A DNA stretch of 53,527 nt from contig CALWTU010000020.1 of NCBI GenBank assembly GCA_944384515.1, positions 1 to 53,527 on the forward strand, in the 5' to 3' direction. Position numbers and translations under genes: made by a program. Origin of the DNA: an uncultured Clostridia bacterium (GTDB lineage Bacteria > Bacillota > Clostridia > Oscillospirales > CAG-272). Of the stretch, positions 46,586 through 53,527 are shown one piece after another; position 1 is the stretch's first letter, and every line of letters starts with the position of its first letter. The notes under the pieces are model-generated. The model was not told where the DNA came from, made no database searches, and saw only the letters and a list, made by a program, of their open reading frames with translations.

Positions 46586-46798
46586 TTATTTAACCTTGTA
46601 GTTATAATCGTTTATGTTTTTACCGATTTTTCGGCGGCGGGGCTTTATCTGCCTCAGCCCGCTCTCGCGGCGAAGTTTTAAGAGGATGTTCTCTATCTCC
46701 GCATTGACGCGGGCACGCTCGCTCTCAAGCTCCGAAATTGCCTCATCCCGCTGATAAGATGTAAAGTCCTTGTCTTTCTTTTCCTTCCAAAACAGCAT
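46586..46798 (-). CDS. small basic coiled-coil protein, unknown function
   Basis: 70 aa. ATG at 46798 lies 3 nt after the stop of the 1384-aa gene, and GGGAGGA sits inside that gene's last codons. Heptad-like ISELESERARVNAEIENILLKL, with a basic tail. Confidence 0.55.
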   Translation of the reverse strand: MLFWKEKKDKDFTSYQRDEAISELESERARVNAEIENILLKLRRESGLRQIKPRRRKIGKNINDYNYKVK

Positions 46799-46801
46799 GC
46801 T

Positions 46802-49800
46802 TTATCCTCCCATAAGTTTCTGATACAAGCCTCTGAGCGCGTTCATTATCGGCTCTCTGAAAAAGTAGTAGCAAACGCAAGCTCCGATTACGAGAGCAGC
46901 CGTAGTGACAAGCCAGATTATCCAGGTAACATCCGCCTTAAACTTATTGTCAAAGCGCTCTGCTCTCTTCAGTCCGTACCTGATGTCCTTGTCTATCGTT
47001 CTGATAGTCAGAAGAGAGTCGCGTTTCTTTCTCTTGAGAGCGCGCCTGTCTTTCATGTCGAGTCTCAAATGTTTCAGATTGTATCTCGCCGTCTCGTATT
47101 CGCAAATTTCGTCTGTCCTTTTGTTCATAAGAGCGTAGAGTTTTTCCTTGACTGTCTCGGGAGCGTGCATCTTGCGTATTTTTGAGGCAAGCCTTGTCTG
47201 ACTTTTGAATGCGCGCTTTGTATATTTGGTTTTCAGGTTTGAAATCTTCTTGTTGTAAGAGACATTGTAGGCTTTCTCACCGATACCCGTGTAGAGATTG
47301 GTCAGCTTTTCATCAAGCTCCTCACGCTGAAGCAGGAGGACCTCAAGCCTGTTTAAGAGCGAGTCAAATCTACCCTTATTAAACTTCTTTTTGAACTTTG
47401 CACTCTCAAAATCAATTCCCTCAACCGCGTAGTATCTTGCGGCGTCACACCTCTCAAGATATGCGGCTCTCTTTTTGTTGGCGGAATACCATTTTTTAAG
47501 CCTCTTAATCCGTTTCATCTCCTGGCGGCGCTGGGTATTGTCTACTCCGAACGAGTAGTCCGCACTCTTGTATTTATACTTCAGTTTTGAGATGTTATAG
47601 TCAAAACGCATCTTCACGACATCGACAGAAATCTTGATTTTGCGCTTGATATTTGAGAGTATCTCAAGACGGGATCTGGTATCCTCGCCCCTCTCATGCT
47701 CTTTTATATCGCTGTCAATCTGAAGAGAGAGCTTTTGCCTTTTGCGGTTTTCCTTTTCCTCGCGCTTATGCGCTTTAATCAGGCTGAGCTGCTCTCTTTT
47801 TGCGTCCCGGCTGTCAATGTCAAACTCCTCGTCATAGTATGCAGGCTGAAGTTCTTCACGCTCGTCAATCAGCACGATTCCCGGCAGAACCGGCAGTCTT
47901 TGCGTATCGCACACCTCATCAACAATGCTCTTTGAAAGCCTTGTAATACGCATGGTTGTAAGGGACTCAAGCTCGTCGACAACACTGTTATACTTTTTGA
48001 CATATCCTATGATAAAGCTCTTGTGTCTTCTGATTTCAGCCTTGTTTTTAAACGAAAGGGATATTAAAAGCCCCTGACACATAAGAGAAATGCACTCTTT
48101 GTAGTTTGTCAAAATCAAAGTGTCCTGTTTTGCCGCCTCATCCTTCATCATTCCCTTTTTCTTTTTTGAAAGAGTCCTCTGCTCTTTCTCAAGTTTTCTC
48201 AGTTTCTGATGCAGCGGTTTCAGTGAGGAATATATGTTTTTGCCTATGAAGGCTTTCTCGCTTATATCCCCGTCGCCCGTCAGCGGAGCGTACTCCTCCT
48301 CGCCGCCGTATCCCTTGCCTTTTCTTCTGTCAAGCTCCCTCTCGTAGTTATAAATATCCTCCTCGTCCCGATTGCGCCTGTCATCCGCAATGTACTGAGA
48401 CCTGATATCCTTATCGCCGTTTCCGCGAGAATACCCGGTATCCGTGTCGGTTTTATCCGGATAATAACTGTCAATGAGGTTAGGATAGGGTTCTCCCATG
48501 GCTGCGGCGCTCTCGTTATGTATCAAGCCTGTCTCACTGGTTCTGCCGCCCTGTGCATCTCTGCTTTCATTGCGGCCGGTATAGCTTGCTATGCTGCCGA
48601 AGTCGCCGTAAAACTCCCGCTCCCTCTGTGTTTTTGGGTTTGCCCTTGCAGGCCTCACGGGCATATATTCCGTGCCGTCCGGCGCACCGTAACCGTACCC
48701 GGATTCATAATAATCCCGATCTCCGATATAGTCCGTGTCAATGCCGTAATGCTTTGCGGCATACGCGCCCCGAGCCAGACCTACCGTGATACGGTCTATC
48801 CTCTGAAACCTATCCCCGCCGTCTCTTTCACGAATATCCGAAACCTGCATGCGAAGGTTCCGGAGCTCGGCAAGTTCACGGTTATATCTTTCTCTTTCCT
48901 CTTCAAGGCGCCTCTGCTCGTTTGAAATGCTGTCGGCGAGGGCATTAAGATGTTCTGTCATCTCATATACATCTCTCTCAAGATTGCGGTGATATTCAAA
49001 ATCTTCTCCAAAACCGCCGCCCGCACTGAGCCTGTCTGTTGCCTCAAAGCCTCTGCCGTCTCTTACATCTCTGTTCTCGCCAAAGCCTCTGTTATCTCTG
49101 AAGTCTCTGTTGTCTCCGTAGTCTCTGAAGTCTCTGAGACCTGCGCTGTGTACACCTTCTGCACTGCCGCCTCGTATATTTTCGTTTTTGCCGTACTCTG
49201 TATACAAGTTCGGCTTTTCACCGCTCCTGTATCCCTCATAATATTCTGTACCGCCTCTTTGGTAACGGCCGTCTGTGTCCGTCCGCTGTGCCGAATACTC
49301 CGCACGGTCGTAGTGTCTGTCTTGTCTGTCACGGTAAAAGTCATGGTCCGTGCCGTATTTTTCAGCTCTGCCGTAACCGGGCGTATCTGAGTAAGGCGGC
49401 ATACCGTGCGGCAAATTTTCCGCTTTGTATGTGCTCTCTCTGTAACCGCCGCCCGCATAAGATACCCCGCCCGAAGTTACGGGTATACTCATCGCAGGAA
49501 CCGACAGAATAAAAGCGTCATTATCCTCTGTGTGAGAATTGCCGCACCGTTCACTTCCTGTGCCCGAGCTCTGCCCTGTATATGCATTATGCTCCGCTTT
49601 TTCCAAAGTCTCTTGCCCGTCAGATGAATTTCTTTCCTCACTCGGCATATCGGCTTTGTCAAAAGCCTGCTCCCCCACTGCTGCGCTCGCTGTATTTTCA
49701 GTATACTCCGCACACTCACCTGTAGTCTCATCGGTGCACGGCTCGGCGTCAGGAGCAGACTCGGTCTGTGCCGTATGCTCCGCACCTTCGGTGAGTGCCG

Positions 49801-50956
49801 CCTCTGCGCTCTCCGAAATCGCTTGTTCTTGTTCCTTAGATTCCGAAGGTTGTGCGTCGGCGGTCTCGCCCTCGCATATATTCTGCCTGTCGGATGCAGT
49901 ATCACCTGCATCGGTGGTGTTCTCTGCCTCGGTACTGCTTTCTGCCTCTGGGCTCTTTTCCGCCTCGGTACTGTTCTCTGTATCGGTACTGTTCTCTGTC
50001 TCAGTGACGCCGCAAGTCGGGCATTCGTCTGCCGACTCGGTATTCAACGCTGTATCCGTGCTCTCCCCGCTCGCCGTCTGTACGGCACTTACAGCACCGT
50101 CATCCGCATTTTCTTCGGTACCTTCCGCAAACAAGGTATTTGCCTCACTCTGCATATCGGCTTTGTCAGAAGCCTGCTCCCCCTCTGCGGCACTCGCCGT
50201 ATTTTCAGTAAGCTCCGCATATTCGGCTGCAGCCTCATCGGCAGCCTCTGCCTCGTGGTTATCAACAGTACAATCCGTATATTCAGCCTCGGTCACCGAG
50301 GCGGCTTTTTCTGCGGGTGCCGCAAGCTCATGCGGCAAAGCCGCGGAGGAATCCTGAATATCAGACATTGTCTCTTCAACCGTCGTATCCGCGCCGAGTT
50401 CAAGTTCTTTCTCAATTTCCGCTTCCTTTATCAGTGTATCCGACATATCAAAATTCCTCCTTTCTCCGCCGTTTTGTCCGCCGAAACCGAACATTTCATT
50501 AAGCCTGCCCCTTTTCTGCTCGAGCAGTGCCTCTTCTCTGTCACGGTAACTGCTGATCATCCTTTCGTTTTCGGCTTCTTTCCGAAGTCTCTGCTGTTCT
50601 CTTTCTTTGAGCTGTGCCTGTCTTTTTTCTTTTAATTTTAACTCTCTGCTTTTGAGAATTTCGTTTTTATAACTGCGAAAATACTCTCTTCTCGAAAGCT
50701 CGGCATCCTGCCGCTTTTTGTCCTCTGCTTCATTTATCCGTCTGTTTTTATCGACCGAATCAAGCTCTTGCCTGAGTCGGCTGTTTTCAAGCTTTGTAAG
50801 TTTATCCAGCTCTTCCCGTCTTGTTTTAGCATCTCTGTCAGCCTGAGAAATAAGCCGTCTAACCTCCTTAAGCCTGTCATCTGCGCTAAAACCGTTATTT
50901 TCTGTCTGAGAAAGAGAAGAAGAAACACTGCCTGTTTTTTCTGCTGTTAAGTTCAT
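46802..50956 (-). CDS. very large tail-anchored protein, mostly low-complexity or coiled coil, unknown function
   Basis: A single 1384-codon ORF, with ATG at 50956 after AGCAGGAAG. There is one hydrophobic helix, WIIWLVTTAALVIGACVCYYFF, 18 aa from the C-terminus. No signal peptide and no recognisable enzymatic motif. Confidence 0.75.
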   Translation of the reverse strand: MNLTAEKTGSVSSSLSQTENNGFSADDRLKEVRRLISQADRDAKTRREELDKLTKLENSRLRQELDSVDKNRRINEAEDKKRQDAELSRREYFRSYKNEILKSRELKLKEKRQAQLKEREQQRLRKEAENERMISSYRDREEALLEQKRGRLNEMFGFGGQNGGERRNFDMSDTLIKEAEIEKELELGADTTVEETMSDIQDSSAALPHELAAPAEKAASVTEAEYTDCTVDNHEAEAADEAAAEYAELTENTASAAEGEQASDKADMQSEANTLFAEGTEENADDGAVSAVQTASGESTDTALNTESADECPTCGVTETENSTDTENSTEAEKSPEAESSTEAENTTDAGDTASDRQNICEGETADAQPSESKEQEQAISESAEAALTEGAEHTAQTESAPDAEPCTDETTGECAEYTENTASAAVGEQAFDKADMPSEERNSSDGQETLEKAEHNAYTGQSSGTGSERCGNSHTEDNDAFILSVPAMSIPVTSGGVSYAGGGYRESTYKAENLPHGMPPYSDTPGYGRAEKYGTDHDFYRDRQDRHYDRAEYSAQRTDTDGRYQRGGTEYYEGYRSGEKPNLYTEYGKNENIRGGSAEGVHSAGLRDFRDYGDNRDFRDNRGFGENRDVRDGRGFEATDRLSAGGGFGEDFEYHRNLERDVYEMTEHLNALADSISNEQRRLEEERERYNRELAELRNLRMQVSDIRERDGGDRFQRIDRITVGLARGAYAAKHYGIDTDYIGDRDYYESGYGYGAPDGTEYMPVRPARANPKTQREREFYGDFGSIASYTGRNESRDAQGGRTSETGLIHNESAAAMGEPYPNLIDSYYPDKTDTDTGYSRGNGDKDIRSQYIADDRRNRDEEDIYNYERELDRRKGKGYGGEEEYAPLTGDGDISEKAFIGKNIYSSLKPLHQKLRKLEKEQRTLSKKKKGMMKDEAAKQDTLILTNYKECISLMCQGLLISLSFKNKAEIRRHKSFIIGYVKKYNSVVDELESLTTMRITRLSKSIVDEVCDTQRLPVLPGIVLIDEREELQPAYYDEEFDIDSRDAKREQLSLIKAHKREEKENRKRQKLSLQIDSDIKEHERGEDTRSRLEILSNIKRKIKISVDVVKMRFDYNISKLKYKYKSADYSFGVDNTQRRQEMKRIKRLKKWYSANKKRAAYLERCDAARYYAVEGIDFESAKFKKKFNKGRFDSLLNRLEVLLLQREELDEKLTNLYTGIGEKAYNVSYNKKISNLKTKYTKRAFKSQTRLASKIRKMHAPETVKEKLYALMNKRTDEICEYETARYNLKHLRLDMKDRRALKRKKRDSLLTIRTIDKDIRYGLKRAERFDNKFKADVTWIIWLVTTAALVIGACVCYYFFREPIMNALRGLYQKLMGG
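49636..50219. repeat. 77-nt imperfect direct repeat pair inside the giant ORF (copies at 49636-49712 and 50143-50219)
   Basis: Aligned by eye, the two copies read CCTCACTC(g/t)GCATATCGGCTTTGTCA(a/g)AAGCCTGCTCCCCC...GTATTTTCAGTA..CTCCGCA, with about 85-90 percent identity. They encode AEY(A/T)E(L)TENTASAA(E/V)GEQA(S/F)DKADM(Q/P)SE twice. Confidence 0.8.
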
Positions 50957-51087
50957 TTTTCTTCCTGCTTTCTTTTAAATAATAGCGGCATAAAATTTTA
51001 TAAATTCTGCTTTCTCCGCTTTAAGCCGTACAAATGCACTGCACCGTGTAACAAAATCCGCAATTCGGCATTATGCCGTCTCGGTGC

Positions 51088-51534
51088 TCACGGTTGTATC
51101 TGCGTTTCGCCGTCGCTCCTTTTTTTCATCTCGTCCTCATAAAACTTAAATAGAAAGTTCAAGACATCCCGCCTCAGTATAATGCCTATAAAGCATCCGC
51201 GGTCATCAACCACCGCCACCTGGTTATGCTCCTTTACATTGTCGATAAGGTCGTTCATTGTGGCGTTGTGATAAAGCGGTTTTGAATAGGTCGGATCAAG
51301 AATGCTGATTACCGAGTCCTTCTCCGCCGATTTCGAATCGAATGTTTCGTTGTCTAAAAAATATTTATATATATCGTCATTTCTCACAGTTCCGACATAA
51401 ACCCCCTCTTCATTCAGAACGGGCAATGCAATATATCTGTGAAAACGCATCTTCTCAAGCGCCTGTCTGACCGTGCTCTTGCTGTCAATATACACAACCA
51501 GACTCTTCGGAATAATAAACCGTAATATGTTCAT
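51088..51534 (-). CDS. CBS domain pair protein
   Basis: About 148 aa with two CBS-like units (ALPVLNEEGVYVGTV, VAVVDDRGCFIGII). I place the start at ATG 51534 (MNILRF...), after a purine-rich GGAGCAGAGAGAGAGAG. Confidence 0.8.
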   Translation of the reverse strand: MNILRFIIPKSLVVYIDSKSTVRQALEKMRFHRYIALPVLNEEGVYVGTVRNDDIYKYFLDNETFDSKSAEKDSVISILDPTYSKPLYHNATMNDLIDNVKEHNQVAVVDDRGCFIGIILRRDVLNFLFKFYEDEMKKRSDGETQIQP

Positions 51535-51630
51535 CTCTCTCTCTCTGCTCCGTTTTCTGTCCACGGGGACAGTATTGATTTAATATCTGCTTTGACTCTT
51601 GCGCTTTTGCATATAAATTTCATGCAAAAC

Positions 51631-52467
51631 TCAGTCAAGTCCGTACAGCGATGTTCCGATAACCGTCGCAAACTCGGAAAGCTTCGGAATTATGAAATTA
51701 ACTCCGTAGATCTCCTTAAGGCTGTTGAAAAAATCAAATTTATCGGCACAGAACGCAGGCCTTGTAAGGTTGCCCGTGAGGATAATATCAGTCACCCCCA
51801 CACTTCTTGAGGCGAAAATCGACATCATCCCGACAGTCTCATACACCATGTTCATAATGCCGAGGGCAATATCCGATTTTGACGCCATGTCGGAGACATT
51901 GCCGAAATTTGCCGCAGTGAGCTCTTTTGTGAGCAGGTTATCCTCCTTTGTTATATCCTTGATGCGCAGGTCAACATTTGAAAGGTCGCCGCTCTCTGCG
52001 TACTCAATGATATGCTCAACGCTGTCCGCTTTAAGAAGCAGCTTTGACAGTCCCATCAGGGAACCTCCGCCGACACCCGTACCGCCGAGATACTTTATAC
52101 TGCTCTTTGTCGCATGGACGATAGCGGTACCCGTGCCCATCGAGACGACAACCGCATTGTCAAGCCCCGAGAGATACAGTCCCCCCGTGCCTATGCCGTT
52201 AAACTCGGATATCCTCTGGCACTCAATGCCGTAAAGACTGCTCTTTACATATGATGAGCCGACTCCGCTCATCATAATTCTGTCAATATCCTTGATTGCA
52301 AGTCTGTTTTCATCTGTAAACTTTCCGAACGCGCCGTAAGTCGCCGTAACCGGGTCGTTTGCCTTGACAAACTGCGGCTCAATCAACTCTCTTTTTTCCC
52401 CGTCGGTTCTGAATCCGACGATTTTCGTGGTGCTTCCGCCCACATCTATACCGATGGTGATTTTCAT
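51631..52467 (-). CDS. coaW: type II pantothenate kinase (CoaW-like, ASKHA fold)
   Basis: GIDVGGSTTKIV, VSMGTGTA, GGTGVGGGSLMGL and LTAANFG blocks line up with my recollection of S. aureus CoaW. ATGA overlap with the upstream MutS-family gene. Confidence 0.75.
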   Translation of the reverse strand: MKITIGIDVGGSTTKIVGFRTDGEKRELIEPQFVKANDPVTATYGAFGKFTDENRLAIKDIDRIMMSGVGSSYVKSSLYGIECQRISEFNGIGTGGLYLSGLDNAVVVSMGTGTAIVHATKSSIKYLGGTGVGGGSLMGLSKLLLKADSVEHIIEYAESGDLSNVDLRIKDITKEDNLLTKELTAANFGNVSDMASKSDIALGIMNMVYETVGMMSIFASRSVGVTDIILTGNLTRPAFCADKFDFFNSLKEIYGVNFIIPKLSEFATVIGTSLYGLD

Positions 52468-53527
52468 TTTTTCTTGTTTTCAGCCCCTCTCTTGACAAGA
52501 GTATCAAATGACAGTCCGTACTTATCCGCAATATCTCTTGCGTATGATTTTCCGTCGGGTTTCGCCCTGAGAATTTTAAAGGAACGCTCCCCCTCTTCCA
52601 TTCCGGCAACAAGCGTGTCGATGCTGACTCCGCCGTGCTGTGCGGAAATTGCGTTTATCTCGTCAATCTTTGCCGCAAGCTCATGAAGGTGGGTGGAAAA
52701 GATTCCGCGGCAGCCTATTGTCGCAAAGCTCGAGAGAATCTCGGAGGCTATGTACGACGCCTCGTATGCGCCCGTTGATGAGAGCGACTCGTCAAGCAAA
52801 ATCATACTGTCAGAGGTAACCTCGTCAAATATCTCACGCAGTCTCTGGCACTCCTCGCCGAGTCTGCCCTTGTCGATCGTGTCGTCCGCACCCTCCGGAA
52901 AATGCGTGAATATTCCGTCAACCGGTGAGATCGTAATCTCGCTTGCGGGAATAAAAAGTCCGAGCTGGAAGAGCGCCTGTGCGGCGCCGACCGCAACCGT
53001 AATTACGGATTTTCCGCCTCTGTTTGGTCCTGTAAGGACATAAATTCTCGCCTTGTCATCAAATGTGAAATCGTTTGTCACGATTCTGTCGTTTATTGCA
53101 AGCGCAACTCTCGGATTGTAAAGATCTACCGCCGAGAACGCCTTTTGTTCAATCGGGCGCACGGCAGGCACACAGACAACACATCCCTCTCTCGCTTTGA
53201 GCTCGTTTATAAGACTCGTCGCCTTTGTGACAAACTCAATCTCGGGAAGAAGCTTCAAAAGGAAATCGGTACTGTCAAGCACATACTCCCCGACAATATT
53301 CCTCCAACCCTTGACAGAGGAGCGGAACACATCCTCTATTGCGGAATTGAATGCGCCGATAAGCGCCTCTTTTTTATTGTCGGATATTCCGCCCTTGCCG
53401 AACGGAGAGAGGTCCGCAATACATGTGAAGGCGTCGTTTTTAAATGAAAGGCGGAGAATTTTATCAAGCACCTTTCCCGATTTAAAAGGCTCGGAGTTAA
53501 TCGAGATAACTCCCGCAGAACTCGGCC
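52464..53527 (-). CDS. MutS-family ATPase (domain V), 5' end outside the window
   Basis: Walker A GPNRGGKS, LLDESLSSTG (Walker B region) and STHLHEL. The frame remains open from the tracked GTG at 53471 to the window edge. Confidence 0.8.
   Translation of the reverse strand, partial: PSSAGVISINSEPFKSGKVLDKILRLSFKNDAFTCIADLSPFGKGGISDNKKEALIGAFNSAIEDVFRSSVKGWRNIVGEYVLDSTDFLLKLLPEIEFVTKATSLINELKAREGCVVCVPAVRPIEQKAFSAVDLYNPRVALAINDRIVTNDFTFDDKARIYVLTGPNRGGKSVITVAVGAAQALFQLGLFIPASEITISPVDGIFTHFPEGADDTIDKGRLGEECQRLREIFDEVTSDSMILLDESLSSTGAYEASYIASEILSSFATIGCRGIFSTHLHELAAKIDEINAISAQHGGVSIDTLVAGMEEGERSFKILRAKPDGKSYARDIADKYGLSFDTLVKRGAENKKK

Noticed and set aside
49539-50635. Two overlapping long plus-strand ORFs (272 and 286 aa)
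   Set aside because: These are S/A/V-rich translations of the reverse complement of the acidic T/E/A repeat tract of the giant gene. The repeats suppress stop codons on both strands. There is no RBS.
1-53527. CRISPR arrays, transposases, integrases, toxin-antitoxin pairs and known defence-system genes
   Set aside because: I scanned both strands and all intergenic spacers. I found no regularly spaced repeats with unique spacers and no recombinase or transposase-like ORFs. The only mobile-element trace is the group II intron relic reported above.

Overview
This 53.5 kb window looks like chromosomal DNA from a Firmicute. Gene content suggests Clostridia, possibly Oscillospiraceae/Ruminococcaceae-like: PFOR, type III glutamine synthetase, rimP-nusA-ylxR-ylxQ-infB, and T-box control of valS. 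This taxonomic call is inference only. I can support 41 protein-coding genes, two of them cut by the window edges. About three quarters are on the minus strand, and several are joined by ATGA/TTGA stop-start overlaps.

Most of the content is housekeeping:
- Translation and RNA: valS, infB, nusA, rimP, miaA, dus.
- Central metabolism: PFOR, glnN, galK, rbsK, coaW.
- DNA maintenance, which is well represented: nth, recA, recX, ogg, a Rad50/YhaN-like ATPase and a MutS-family ATPase.

I found no rRNA or tRNA genes, CRISPR array, transposase, integrase or recognisable defence island.

The parts that known families do not explain are:
1. A 1384-aa tail-anchored, mostly low-complexity orphan protein, translationally coupled to a 70-aa partner, just upstream of rimP.
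2. A duplicated Cys/His-motif protein coupled to a membrane-hairpin Rad50-like ATPase. This operon is transcribed from a promoter that crosses the ogg promoter.
3. An acyltransferase-GT8-GT8-acyltransferase cassette, divergent from a membrane-anchored XRE regulator.
4. An abnormally long valS leader, in which a group II intron domain V/VI relic sits right after the T-box terminator.
5. An OGG1-type glycosylase carrying a Cys-rich insertion.

All family assignments come from reading motifs by eye. No database search was run. Start codons were re-picked where the ORF track start had no ribosome-binding site.
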